Origin: Agrobacterium sp. 719_389
GTDB lineage: Bacteria; Bacteroidota; Bacteroidia; UBA8524
Length of the DNA: 64,000 nt
Direction: 5' to 3'
Assembly: GCA_943370295.1 (NCBI GenBank)
Contig: CALRQL020000015.1
Span: forward strand, 8,515-72,514
The stretch's first letter is position 1. Every line of letters starts with the position of its first letter. Under the pieces are notes generated by a model. That model worked only from the letters and a program-made list of their open reading frames with translations. It was not told where the DNA came from and searched no databases. Below are positions 54,653 through 64,000 of the stretch, one piece after another. A program made the translations under genes and the position numbers.

Positions 54653-54664
54653 ACAATGCAGAAA

Positions 54665-54693
54665 CAAAAAAAGGCCGCCTTTTGGGCAGCCTT
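54665..54693 (-). terminator. Rho-independent terminator after efp
   Basis: On the minus strand, aaggctgcc-caaa-a-ggcggcctt forms a 9-bp stem with one G-U pair, followed by T7. Confidence 0.8.
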
Positions 54694-54713
54694 CATTATA
54701 AGTTTTAAAGAGA

Positions 54714-55277
54714 TTACTTCTTCACGCGCTCCATGTATTCGGCAGTACGAGTATCAATACGGATGATTTCACCGGTATCAACAAATAAAGGAACGTTAAC
54801 AATTGCACCTGTCTCAAGGGTAGCAGGTTTCAATGTGTTGGTAGCAGTATCGCCCCTCACACCGGGTTCGGTGTAGGTAATTTCAAGCTCAACAAATGTT
54901 GGAGGTTCAGCAGCAATTGGAGCATCGTCTTCAAAAGAAATCTTTACAGTCATTCCTTCTTTCATAAACTTAGCGCCATCGCCAAACATAATTTCGTCCA
55001 CATATACTTGCTCAAAAGTGTCATTATCCATACAAACAAGGCTGTTGCCGTCTTTGTACAAATATTGCAGTTCGCGCACTTCTACACGTACAATTTCAAC
55101 TTCTTCGCCGCTACGGTAGCGGTATTCAACTAATTTCCCTGTTTTTACGTTGCGCATTTTTGCTTGATAGAAAGCGCGCAAGTTTCCGGGTGTGCGGTGC
55201 ATATACTCTATAAGTTGCACCAACTCGCCGTTGTGGCGCAAAAACATTCCTACTGAAACATCTGATGTATTTGCCAT
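54714..55277 (-). CDS. efp: Elongation factor P
   Basis: MANTSDVSVGMFLRHNGELVQLIEYMHRTPGNLRAFYQAKMRNVKTGK. The ATG at 55277 is supported by a -7 box. Confidence 0.93.
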   Translation of the reverse strand: MANTSDVSVGMFLRHNGELVQLIEYMHRTPGNLRAFYQAKMRNVKTGKLVEYRYRSGEEVEIVRVEVRELQYLYKDGNSLVCMDNDTFEQVYVDEIMFGDGAKFMKEGMTVKISFEDDAPIAAEPPTFVELEITYTEPGVRGDTATNTLKPATLETGAIVNVPLFVDTGEIIRIDTRTAEYMERVKK

Positions 55278-55294
55278 TGTGTAAATTTTGGAGG

Positions 55295-55302
55295 CAAAAA
55301 TA
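55295..55302 (-). promoter_or_regulatory. -7 box TATTTTTG upstream of efp
   Basis: Exact TAnnTTTG 17 nt upstream of the ATG at 55277. Confidence 0.5.
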
Positions 55303-55348
55303 AGTTTTACCATCTAATTGGCAAAACCCTGCCTGTTATAAACAGTTT

Positions 55349-55816
55349 CTATTTTAGAATTGAAGCTAAATCAGCGGGACTATAGTTAATAGACTTCATG
55401 GTTTTGTCGTCGCTGGTGCGGTACACAAGGTATAAGCCTTCTACCTCTTTATAATAGCAATCTTCGCCTTTTTTCTCTTTAAAATGCACAACAGTGGCTT
55501 GCGCTTCTTCTTCAGTTTGGCAGGCTTTGCTCATATTACTGCGTTGCACTTCGTCAAATAAAGCTTTAAACTTATGTCCGAGGCCAAACTCAAGTATTGC
55601 ACCGCTCAGTACATACTGTATGTCGCACAAAGCATCGGCAATCTCTACTATTTTATTATCTGCAATGGCCTGGCGTAGCTCTTCTAACTCTTCGGCTATC
55701 AGGCTCACGCGCAATTCGCTACGGGCGGCACTGGGTATGGCAGGTTGTTCAATAATGGGATGGCGGAAAGTGCGGTGAAATTCTGCTACTTGTTTAAGGC
55801 TTTGTGGTTGTTCCAT
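55349..55816 (-). CDS. MazG-like nucleoside triphosphate pyrophosphohydrolase family protein
   Basis: The AEELEELRQAI...EIADALCDIQYV E-x-x-E...D pattern is typical of the all-alpha NTP-PPase fold. Confidence 0.7.
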   Translation of the reverse strand: MEQPQSLKQVAEFHRTFRHPIIEQPAIPSAARSELRVSLIAEELEELRQAIADNKIVEIADALCDIQYVLSGAILEFGLGHKFKALFDEVQRSNMSKACQTEEEAQATVVHFKEKKGEDCYYKEVEGLYLVYRTSDDKTMKSINYSPADLASILK

Positions 55817-55820
55817 GCCT

Positions 55821-55828
55821 CAAAAATA
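55821..55828 (-). promoter_or_regulatory. -7 box TATTTTTG upstream of the MazG-like gene
   Basis: Exact TAnnTTTG 4 nt upstream of the ATG at 55816 (leaderless-type). Confidence 0.45.
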
Positions 55829-55905
55829 GTAAGCAACACAGCGTGTGTTTTTTACATTTTATTAACAAAAACAGATTGAGAAGGGGAGCAGCGGGGCGGG
55901 TAAGA

Positions 55906-56430
55906 TTAATCCAGCACCCTGCGGATGCCCATAAAACGCTTTTTGTAATACGGGGTTTGGTTGGTAGAGTATGATATACCCAAATTTACCGAGGCATGGA
56001 TAAAATAAATTGTGCCGTCTTTTATTTCGGTAATGATACCAACGTGGCCGGGACGTTTTGAACGTGAGTTGCGACCTGTGAAGTAAATAATATCACCGGG
56101 GCGGGCATCTTCTTTATCCACTTCTTTACCTATGGTACGAACTGCAGATGATGAGGGCGAAGTTTTATACCCGAATTTTCCGAATACATAATATACAAAG
56201 CCCGAGCAATCAAAACCTTTTGGGGTTTTGCCACCACTGCGATAACGGGTACCTAAGTAATTATCAGCGTAATCTAAAAGAGAATCAGTAAGAGAACAAG
56301 GTACATATACGAGACTATCAGCTACCTCAGAGCTATCGGCAGGAGTATTGGCTGTGCGCCCGAATGCCGAAACCGACATTAACAAGGCCACAAGCGTAGC
56401 TAGTGCGTATATGTATAACTTACTGTACAA
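55906..56430 (-). CDS. C40 (NlpC/P60) family peptidase
   Basis: GFDCSGFVYYVF catalytic Cys motif and GHVGII His motif. Signal peptide. TTG start. Confidence 0.88.
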   Translation of the reverse strand: MYSKLYIYALATLVALLMSVSAFGRTANTPADSSEVADSLVYVPCSLTDSLLDYADNYLGTRYRSGGKTPKGFDCSGFVYYVFGKFGYKTSPSSSAVRTIGKEVDKEDARPGDIIYFTGRNSRSKRPGHVGIITEIKDGTIYFIHASVNLGISYSTNQTPYYKKRFMGIRRVLD

Positions 56431-56728
56431 GAACTTAAACCGTTTTTAAGTCGGTAACAATTAATCGTTGGCAAATATAAGGCCAAAAAGAGGTATGAGA
56501 AAATTTTATAGGGTGTAACTCCCCTTACAGTTATTCATAATTTTTCCACAAGAGGTTAAAATAGAGTGGTTTCGGCAGTTTTATTTTTTGTTTTTTTGAA
56601 AAAGGGAATACAGTAACGGTATGGGTTTTAAAACGGTACATTGTCTCAAATTGGTAACTGATTATCCAATATTGAGAGATTAAAACCACGATAGTTCAAC
56701 TATTTTTCACTTTGTTAATGCAAAACCT

Positions 56729-56736
56729 TATTTTTG
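56729..56736 (+). promoter_or_regulatory. -7 box TATTTTTG (with TTTG at 56711-56714) upstream of hppA
   Basis: Exact TAnnTTTG 33 nt upstream of the ATG at 56770. A TTTG lies 18 nt upstream of the box start. Confidence 0.45.
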
Positions 56737-56769
56737 CCGTCCTGTAAAAAATCGTATTTATTAGACTAT

Positions 56770-59151
56770 ATGGAAAACCTTATCTACCTAATACCCGCAC
56801 TTGGCGTGGTTGGATTGCTGGTGATGGCCATCAAATCAGCATGGGTGAGCAAGCAAGACGCGGGCGACGAAAACATGAAAGAATTGGCAGGTTACATTGC
56901 CAAAGGTGCAATGGCCTTTTTGAAAGCCGAATGGAAAGTACTCTCTTACTTTGCTGTTATTGCTGCGGTATTGCTGTTTTGGAGTGGTACAATTCCGGCA
57001 GCCAATTCAAGCCCACTAATTGCAGTAGCATTTTTAATTGGGGCGGTTTTCTCTGCAGTAGCCGGTTACATAGGTATGAATATAGCTACCAAAGCTAACG
57101 TGCGTACAACACAAGCGGCACGTACCAGCCTTGCACAAGCACTTAAAGTATCATTTACCGGTGGATCGGTAATGGGCTTGGGTGTTGCAGGTTTGGCAGT
57201 TTTGGGTCTTGGCTCATTGTTTATCTTATTTTATACAATGTTTGTTGGCGAAAACGGAAACGTTAACGGTCCTGATATGGCAAAAGCCCTTGAAGTACTT
57301 GCTGGTTTCTCGTTGGGTGCTGAAAGTATAGCCTTGTTTGCACGTGTGGGCGGTGGTATCTATACCAAAGCTGCCGACGTAGGTGCTGACCTTGTAGGTA
57401 AAGTTGAAGCAGGTATCCCTGAGGACGATGTTCGTAACCCTGCTACTATTGCCGATAACGTAGGAGATAACGTAGGTGACGTTGCCGGTATGGGTGCTGA
57501 CCTTTTCGGTTCTTATGTTGCTACCATTCTTGCTACCATGGTATTAGGCCGCGAAATTGTTTCGGCTGATAACTTTGGCGGTATGGCTCCTGTATTGCTG
57601 CCAATGTTAATGGCAGGTTTGGGTATCATATTCTCTATTATAGGGATGATGTTTGTGAAAGTGAAAGATGATAAAGGTGATGTACAAAAAGCCCTTAACA
57701 TGGGTAACTGGTCATCAATTATCATTACCGGTATAGTATCTTATTTCCTTGTAATGTGGATGCTACCCGAAAACCTTTCAATCCGTGGATATGAATTCAC
57801 CAACATGAATGTATTTTGGGCCATCTTATTAGGTCTAGTAGTAGGTACTTTAATGAGTATCATTACTGAATACTATACTGCAATGGGAAAACGTCCTGTG
57901 CTTTCAATCGTTAAACAATCAGGTACAGGTCACGCTACCAACATTATCGGTGGTCTTTCAGTAGGTATGGAAAGTACCGTGTTGCCTATATTAGTATTGG
58001 CAGGTGGTATTTACGGCTCATACGCTTTGGCCGGTTTGTACGGTGTGGCTATTGCAGCTGCCGGTATGATGGCTACTACTGCTATGCAGTTGGCAATTGA
58101 TGCTTTTGGTCCTATTGCTGATAACGCAGGTGGTATTGCTGAAATGAGCCAACTACCCGAAGAAGTTCGCGGACGTACTGATAACTTAGATGCTGTAGGT
58201 AATACTACTGCTGCAACCGGTAAAGGTTTTGCCATTGCTTCAGCAGCGCTTACCTCATTAGCACTGTTTGCTGCCTTTGTGGGTGTTGCAGGCATTGATG
58301 CTATAGATATTTACAAAGCAAATGTATTGGCCGGTCTGTTTGTAGGCGGTATGATACCATTTATATTCTCTTCATTAGCAATTGCTGCGGTAGGTCGCGC
58401 TGCTATGGATATGGTGAACGAAGTTCGTCGCCAGTTCCGCGAAATACCAGGTATTATGGAATACAAAGCCAAGCCTGAGTATGAAAAATGCGTAGAGATT
58501 TCAACCAAAGCTTCTATCCGTGAAATGATACTACCCGGTGCTATTGCACTTATAGTTCCTGTAATTGTAGGCTTTATCTTCGGCCCTGAAGTATTGGGAG
58601 GGGTGTTGGCCGGTGTTACTGTTAGCGGAGTGTTGATGGGTATGTTCCAAAGCAATGCAGGAGGAGCATGGGATAACGCAAAAAAATCGTTTGAAAAAGG
58701 CGTTGTGATAAACGGCGAAACTTTCTACAAAAAATCAGAACCTCACAAAGCATCGGTAACCGGTGATACAGTGGGTGATCCTTTTAAAGATACATCAGGT
58801 CCTTCAATGAACATTTTGATTAAATTGATGTCAATCGTTTCATTGATTATTGCTCCACACATTGCTGTAAACGGCGGTCATGGTGCAAGTGCTGATGATT
58901 GCTGCACAGACGGTGGTAAAGCTAAAACTGAGGCTTGCTGCTCAATGGATGGACACCATGCAAGTGCAAACGCTAAATGCGATATGGACAAGTGCATGGA
59001 AATGACTCCCGAAGAGTGTACTGCTTATTGCGATAGCGTTGGTTGCAGCCCTGAACAAAAAGCTGAGTGTGTGAAACACGCTAAAGGCAAAAAAGACGGT
59101 GCTACCGACCCTCATCATCACGATGGAGATCATGGTGACCACAAACACTAA
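56770..59151 (+). CDS. hppA: Membrane-bound proton/sodium-translocating pyrophosphatase with Cys/His/Met-rich C-terminal extension
   Basis: [38 protein letters not shown] and [15 protein letters not shown] signature motifs. About 95 extra C-terminal residues. Confidence 0.93.
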   Translation: MENLIYLIPALGVVGLLVMAIKSAWVSKQDAGDENMKELAGYIAKGAMAFLKAEWKVLSYFAVIAAVLLFWSGTIPAANSSPLIAVAFLIGAVFSAVAGYIGMNIATKANVRTTQAARTSLAQALKVSFTGGSVMGLGVAGLAVLGLGSLFILFYTMFVGENGNVNGPDMAKALEVLAGFSLGAESIALFARVGGGIYTKAADVGADLVGKVEAGIPEDDVRNPATIADNVGDNVGDVAGMGADLFGSYVATILATMVLGREIVSADNFGGMAPVLLPMLMAGLGIIFSIIGMMFVKVKDDKGDVQKALNMGNWSSIIITGIVSYFLVMWMLPENLSIRGYEFTNMNVFWAILLGLVVGTLMSIITEYYTAMGKRPVLSIVKQSGTGHATNIIGGLSVGMESTVLPILVLAGGIYGSYALAGLYGVAIAAAGMMATTAMQLAIDAFGPIADNAGGIAEMSQLPEEVRGRTDNLDAVGNTTAATGKGFAIASAALTSLALFAAFVGVAGIDAIDIYKANVLAGLFVGGMIPFIFSSLAIAAVGRAAMDMVNEVRRQFREIPGIMEYKAKPEYEKCVEISTKASIREMILPGAIALIVPVIVGFIFGPEVLGGVLAGVTVSGVLMGMFQSNAGGAWDNAKKSFEKGVVINGETFYKKSEPHKASVTGDTVGDPFKDTSGPSMNILIKLMSIVSLIIAPHIAVNGGHGASADDCCTDGGKAKTEACCSMDGHHASANAKCDMDKCMEMTPEECTAYCDSVGCSPEQKAECVKHAKGKKDGATDPHHHDGDHGDHKH

Positions 59152-59177
59152 GATTAACTTTTATTAAATCTATACAA

Positions 59178-59206
59178 ACCCCGCCCAGCAGCGGGGTTTT
59201 TTGTTT
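59178..59206 (+). terminator. Rho-independent terminator after hppA
   Basis: ccccgc-ccagca-gcgggg stem followed by TTTTTTGTTTG. Confidence 0.85.
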
Positions 59207-59214
59207 GTTAAAGC

Positions 59215-59530
59215 GAAATATCACTCAATACTCCGTCATTTCGAGGTCTCCCGAAGCAATCTCACCCCTAAATCCCCTAAAGGGGACTTTCCCCAACGAC
59301 GGGTAAGTGCGGCGGTTTCCCTCCTAGGGTAGGCTTGCGGGTTGGTAAGGAGGGACTAAGGGAGGTGTCAAACGGATTGCTTCAAAACCCAAAAGCGGTT
59401 TTTCGCAATGACGATAGACAGGCATACGTGCGGTTGCCCACCCTGAGACTGTCGAATGGTGCGGCTGGTAAACGCTTTCTTGTTTACTTAAGTGCTAACA
59501 ACGGATTACTAATAACCAATAACTGTTAAC
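59215..59530. repeat. Intergenic mosaic of REP-like elements
   Basis: Contains cacccctaaatcccctaaaggggact (59263-59288) and ccaccctgagactgtcgaatggtgcggctgg (59438-59468, a diverged relative of 48511-48541), plus cgtcatttcgagg / tcgcaatgacg motifs. Confidence 0.8.
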
Positions 59531-59663
59531 CAACAACTACGTAGGATTTGCTAAGCATATCTCCCCGCAAATTCTTACCTTCGCTACAAGTTGATGTTTG
59601 GAAATAACAGGCAGGCACAAATGTTGCTGCTGTTTTTATCCCTACGAAAACCTTACACACACA

Positions 59664-60632
59664 ATGGCTAAAAAGACCAAGTACTTTTTCGACCCACATA
59701 GTCTTACGTATGAAATTGCCCATACCAGTTGGGGTAAAATGGCGTTGCGTGTATTTGGTTTTTTGAGTGCATCGGCGGTGTTGGGTGCTATAATTATGGC
59801 GGTGTCGTACACTTATTTCAGTTCGCCCAAAGAGAAAATACTGGAAGACAGGCTTGATGAATACAGGTTACAGGTATCGCTCTATGAAAAAACCGTGGAT
59901 GAGTTATCAGCCTCGCTTGAACAACTGAATAAACGCGACGAGGAAATATACCGCGTAGTGTTTGAGGCTCCTCCGTTGCAAGACAGTACTAAGAACCCGC
60001 AAAGCATTTTTGAACGTTATAAAAATAAGGTGGGGTTGGACGAAGAGGATAATATGGAGCGGATGAAGACCAAGTTGGCTAATCTTGCTTCAAGAATGAA
60101 GGTGCAATCGGCATCGTTTGATGATATTTTAGAACGTGCCAAACGCAAGCAGGATATGCTGGCAAGCATACCTGCCATACAACCCATTTCAAACAAAGAG
60201 CTTGACCGTGTGGCATCAGGTTTCGGGTATCGTATCCATCCCATTTACAAAACGGTTAAAATGCACTCGGGCATGGATTTTACGGCCAGTAAGGGTACTC
60301 CTATTTATGCCACAGGAAACGGTACAGTTACTTTTGCAGGCTATAACGAAGGCTATGGCTATCATGTGATTATTAATCACGGCTACGGTTACGAGAGTTT
60401 ATATGCCCACATGACGAAGATAGAGGCCAAGCAAGGCCAAACCATTAGCAGGGGACAGCGCATAGGCACAGTGGGCTCATCGGGCTTATCAACCGCACCG
60501 CACTTGCATTACGAGATTATTAAAAACGGAGATAAGGTAAATCCTGTACACTTTTACTACAACGATTTGTCGCCCGAGGATTACGAACGTATTAAAGAAC
60601 TGGCTGCGGCCAATAACCAATCATTTGACTGA
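59664..60632 (+). CDS. M23 family metallopeptidase
   Basis: N-terminal TM segment and coiled coil, then HSGMDF...GYGYHVIINHG...SSGLSTAPHLHYEI (HxxxD / HxH motifs). Confidence 0.9.
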   Translation: MAKKTKYFFDPHSLTYEIAHTSWGKMALRVFGFLSASAVLGAIIMAVSYTYFSSPKEKILEDRLDEYRLQVSLYEKTVDELSASLEQLNKRDEEIYRVVFEAPPLQDSTKNPQSIFERYKNKVGLDEEDNMERMKTKLANLASRMKVQSASFDDILERAKRKQDMLASIPAIQPISNKELDRVASGFGYRIHPIYKTVKMHSGMDFTASKGTPIYATGNGTVTFAGYNEGYGYHVIINHGYGYESLYAHMTKIEAKQGQTISRGQRIGTVGSSGLSTAPHLHYEIIKNGDKVNPVHFYYNDLSPEDYERIKELAAANNQSFD

Positions 60633-60982
60633 TGCTGCCTGAAGAAGAAAACCCCGACAAAATGTATTATTCTATCAGCGAGGTTTCTACCATGCTGAAC
60701 GTGAATGCTTCGCTCATCCGCTTTTGGGAAAAGGAGTTTGATGTATTGCGTCCTAAAAAGAACAGCAAAGGAAACCGTCAGTTTACCCGTGATGATGTAG
60801 CTAATTTGCGATTGATATACCATTTGGTGAAGGAGCAAGGCTATACATTGCAGGGAGCTAATGAGAAATTGAAGCTGGATAAAGGCCAAGGCACCAAAAA
60901 GGTGGAGATTATAGACAGCTTGTATAAGATACGCAACTTATTAACCGATATTAAAGACATACTGGACAAGGAAGCCAAATGA
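60632..60982 (+). CDS. MerR family transcriptional regulator
   Basis: YYSISEVSTMLNVNASLIRFWEKEF HTH. The ATG overlaps the M23 stop (TGATG). Confidence 0.85.
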   Translation: MLPEEENPDKMYYSISEVSTMLNVNASLIRFWEKEFDVLRPKKNSKGNRQFTRDDVANLRLIYHLVKEQGYTLQGANEKLKLDKGQGTKKVEIIDSLYKIRNLLTDIKDILDKEAK

Positions 60983-62052
60983 AATACATTGTAACCTCGT
61001 TATTAATCGCTTTTACACTTTTTAACGCTACAGCACAAGTAGAAACCTACCCCACATCACACGATACCTCTTTGCGTGTGGTAACAGTAATTGGAGTAGG
61101 GGATATGATGCTGGGCACCAATTATCCCAGCGAAAAACATTTGCCCCCAAACGATGGTAAAAATCTGTTGGACAGTGTGCGTGAAATTTTGCTGGATGCG
61201 GACATCACTTTTGGTAATCTTGAAGGCACGTTGGCCGGTGATAAGGGCAAGGTGAAAAAATGCAGTAATCCAAAAGTGTGTTATGCTTTCCGTTCGCCCG
61301 TCCATTATGCAAAGTATTACAAAGAGGCAGGATTTGATTTGTTGAGTATTGCCAACAACCATAGTGGTGATTTTGGTGCCGAAGGCCGTGAAATTACCAT
61401 GACTACTCTTGAGGAATACGGCATACAGTACGCGGGTTTGCTAAGCTGCCCAACAACGGTAATTGAAAAAGACGGTATTAAATACGGCTTGGCCGCTTTT
61501 GCACCCAATAGCGGAACGGTAAGTATTAAGGATATTGAAGGGGCAAAAGCTATTGTAGCTGCCTTGGATAGTTTGTGCGATATACTGATTGTATCGTTTC
61601 ACGGGGGTGGTGAAGGCCGCGACCGACAACACGTAACCCGTGATACCGAAATGTTTATTGGTGAGAACAGGGGCAATGTGTATGAGTTTAGCCACGCAGT
61701 GATTGATGCAGGTGCAGACATTGTTTTCGGGCACGGTCCGCACGTTACCCGCGCAATGGAACTATACAACAACCGGTTGATTTGCTATAGTTTGGGCAAT
61801 TTTGCCACCTACGACCGTTTTAGCCTAACTGCCGAAAGCGGAGTTGCACCGATAGTAAAGGTTACAACGGATACAAAAGGAAATTTTATAGGAGCGAAAA
61901 TCACCCCGATAAAACAAATGGGAGAGGGAATACCTGTGATAGATGCCGAAAAGCAATGGGCCTTGAAACTGCTACAAGAACTTACCAAAGCTGATTTCCC
62001 TCAAACACCTTTATTGATTGGCGACGACGGCGAGGTAGTGAAAAAGCAATAA
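60979..62052 (+). CDS. CapA family (PGA_cap metallophosphatase-like) protein
   Basis: Signal peptide. GDMMLG, FGNLEG, ANNHSGDFG and HGGGEG motifs. 4-nt overlap with the MerR gene. Confidence 0.85.
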   Translation: MKYIVTSLLIAFTLFNATAQVETYPTSHDTSLRVVTVIGVGDMMLGTNYPSEKHLPPNDGKNLLDSVREILLDADITFGNLEGTLAGDKGKVKKCSNPKVCYAFRSPVHYAKYYKEAGFDLLSIANNHSGDFGAEGREITMTTLEEYGIQYAGLLSCPTTVIEKDGIKYGLAAFAPNSGTVSIKDIEGAKAIVAALDSLCDILIVSFHGGGEGRDRQHVTRDTEMFIGENRGNVYEFSHAVIDAGADIVFGHGPHVTRAMELYNNRLICYSLGNFATYDRFSLTAESGVAPIVKVTTDTKGNFIGAKITPIKQMGEGIPVIDAEKQWALKLLQELTKADFPQTPLLIGDDGEVVKKQ

Positions 62053-62104
62053 TTGTTGAACTTGCCTATGAAATGTTGAGCTTGCCGAAACAAGGATATA
62101 AACC

Positions 62105-62131
62105 AAAAAAGCCCCAAAACGGGGCTTTTTT
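62105..62131. terminator. Bidirectional rho-independent terminator
   Basis: A6-gcccc-aaaac-ggggc-T6 between convergent genes. Confidence 0.8.
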
Positions 62132-62151
62132 ATCATATAAAGTTTAAATTC

Positions 62152-62463
62152 TTATCGCATGGTTGAGCCATACTTAGCTTGCCAATCCATCACACCGCCC
62201 AACAAATTGCGAACGTTAGTGAAACCGATTGAACCAAGGTATGCTTTTGCCTGACCGCTGCGGGCACCACTGCGGCAGTGTACAATTATTTCTTCGCCTT
62301 TAAGGTCTTCCAACTCATCCACTACGGTAGGCAATGTACCCAATGGAATAAGGCGGCCGCCAATATTAAACTCTTCGTATTCGTGAGGTTCACGCACATC
62401 GATTACAATAAGGTCTTCACCGTTATCCATGCGCGTTTTTAATTCTTCGGAGGTAATGTCCAT
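62152..62463 (-). CDS. Rhodanese-like domain protein
   Basis: IVHCRSGARS active-site loop. 103 aa. Confidence 0.88.
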   Translation of the reverse strand: MDITSEELKTRMDNGEDLIVIDVREPHEYEEFNIGGRLIPLGTLPTVVDELEDLKGEEIIVHCRSGARSGQAKAYLGSIGFTNVRNLLGGVMDWQAKYGSTMR

Positions 62464-62470
62464 ATACTAT

Positions 62471-64000
62471 TTACTGTTTTATGAATTTAGTCGTATTAAA
62501 TCCTATTGAAGGATTATGTAAAGTTAAAAAATATAATCCGTTTGGCAATATACTGATGGGCAGTGTATTTGTTTCAAAAGTGTTTATAACCCCTGTGTTA
62601 ATAGTTTTTCCTGCTATATCCGTAATAGTATAGGTGTATATATCTTGTTGTGCAATATCTATTGTGATTACAGTTGAGGCAGGATTAGGATACACGTTTA
62701 TTACATTATATTTTTTTACTGTAATTGGTTTTATACCTACCAAAGTTGTGTCTTTAATAAAGTTTTTACCCACGTGCGGGCGCATCATCAATGTGCCGGG
62801 TATTTCTGATAAATACCATTTTCCAGTGGTATTAAAATATAAACCGGGATTGCCTATTGCCTTGCGATAACTGGTGTAATTCCTATCCCAGCCTACGTTT
62901 AAGTGGAAGGTAGATGTTTGCACCCAGCCAATGTAAAACTCTCCTTTTACTGCAATGGCACTATCCAAAACATACGTATGATATCCGTTAATAGAATCGG
63001 TATAGGTAGGATAGGTCACTAATTTAGTGTACAACAGTTCTTCTTGTGAGCCATTTGGAGTGATACTTTGCCATACAGCAAGGTTAAAGGCTCTCTTAAT
63101 AGTATCCTCTGCCTGAAAATAATATACCGAAATTGCCCGCAAACTATCGGGTTTATTAAGCCTGAAACGGTAGGCAATTTTGCCTGAACCTCGTTTTAGC
63201 CCGTAACCTGTTTCAGCAGTACCATCGTCGTAGGCATAATAATTGGCAAACGTAAATTTACGGGTAACAGAATCATTGGCAATTCTAAAGTTGGCTCCTG
63301 TAATTTTTAAAAATTCAGCAGCAGTAAATGTTACTGTATCCTCAGTGCGGGCAACAGCATTGTAATTTGAAGCGAAACCAAAGCCTTTTTCGCTAAACGG
63401 GTCGATTGAAAAACCGCTACCGGGCTGGTTAACTACCAAATTACCTGCATCGTCACGTACTTGTCGGTTAAAAACATCAACCGTGCGGCCTTGGTCAAAT
63501 AAATTACTTAAATACCCTCTTGTACTGTCGGTAATCTCCAGTGATTCAAAAGTTTTGAATTGGTCGTAGGGCATTTCTTGATATTCGCTTAAAAACGACA
63601 TGGGTTTTTGCGAAACCGCAACATCAGCAAAAACACTGTCTGCTGCCGTGCGGTTGCGTTCCATATAAATGTAATCAAGGTGCCATTGGCCTACTCCGCC
63701 TATGTAGCTTTGATAATTGATAAAACGGAATTGGAAACCTGCATGGAAATACTCGGGAGCTTCAAGTTTTAAAATAGCGGGTTTGAAATTACTTAACGCA
63801 ATACCTGGGGTAGACCATACGGTGTACCAAAACCCTAAGTTGTTTTTAAATTGTAGAATTAAAGAGTCTTTGCCTTGTAATGGTTGAAAACTCAAGCCTT
63901 GTGCTTGATAAAAAAAGCTCAGGTAAATATTGTTGCCGCTGCTATACGCAGAAATATCAATGGGTTGTGAAGTAAGAGTGTCGCAAGGGCCGTGTATATC
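62471..64000 (-). CDS. Secreted protein with T9SS type-A C-terminal domain; 5' end beyond window edge
   Basis: The frame stays open from 63895 to base 64000 (hand translation ...DIHGPCDTLTSQPIDISAYSSGNNIYLSFFYQAQG-LSFQ...). C-terminal VYPNPASTVITI...GLYFLTL...KFIKQ. Confidence 0.8.
   Translation of the reverse strand, partial: DIHGPCDTLTSQPIDISAYSSGNNIYLSFFYQAQGLSFQPLQGKDSLILQFKNNLGFWYTVWSTPGIALSNFKPAILKLEAPEYFHAGFQFRFINYQSYIGGVGQWHLDYIYMERNRTAADSVFADVAVSQKPMSFLSEYQEMPYDQFKTFESLEITDSTRGYLSNLFDQGRTVDVFNRQVRDDAGNLVVNQPGSGFSIDPFSEKGFGFASNYNAVARTEDTVTFTAAEFLKITGANFRIANDSVTRKFTFANYYAYDDGTAETGYGLKRGSGKIAYRFRLNKPDSLRAISVYYFQAEDTIKRAFNLAVWQSITPNGSQEELLYTKLVTYPTYTDSINGYHTYVLDSAIAVKGEFYIGWVQTSTFHLNVGWDRNYTSYRKAIGNPGLYFNTTGKWYLSEIPGTLMMRPHVGKNFIKDTTLVGIKPITVKKYNVINVYPNPASTVITIDIAQQDIYTYTITDIAGKTINTGVINTFETNTLPISILPNGLYFLTLHNPSIGFNTTKFIKQ

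Noticed and set aside
1-64000. rRNA, tRNA, tmRNA, RNase P, riboswitches
   Set aside because: I scanned the intergenic gaps by eye for T-loop/acceptor patterns and conserved riboswitch cores and found none. This needs tRNAscan-SE or Infernal to be definitive.

Overview
Chromosomal segment of a Bacteroidota genome. The evidence is six type-A and one type-B T9SS C-terminal sorting domains, many TAnnTTTG -7 promoter boxes close to start codons, and the DoxX/DUF1599/folP and nusB/DUF1573/yajC/coaE syntenies. There are about 60 protein-coding genes. Most are housekeeping (miaA, map, aroK, folP, nusB, yajC, coaE, dapD, meaB, alaS, mtaB, efp, hppA, HU), interleaved with secreted or T9SS cargo proteins and peptidases. 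I recognised no rRNA, tRNA, CRISPR array, transposase or integrase by eye. Three AT-rich patches stand out (about 25-30% GC by hand counts, against roughly 40-50% elsewhere). (i) A lone 412-aa orphan gene sits between coaE and dapD. (ii) A same-strand array of six small immunity-type ORFs lies between meaB and an IscA-family gene: a truncated SMI1/KNR4, three YrhB/PepSY-like ORFs and two diverged tandem paralogues, separated by a reused junction repeat. (iii) An in-frame, stop-free insertion of about 80-100 codons sits inside the essential alaS gene. Intergenic regions around alaS, mtaB, efp and hppA carry mosaics of short palindromic REP-like repeats, two of them tandemly duplicated. Other oddities are a Cys/His/Met-rich C-terminal tail on the H+-PPase, a DUF1399-like/TIGR04222-like gene pair with a Gly-Cys tail, and a large SNase-like protein next to split TfoX-like domains. 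All family names come from motif recognition by eye and need HMM confirmation.
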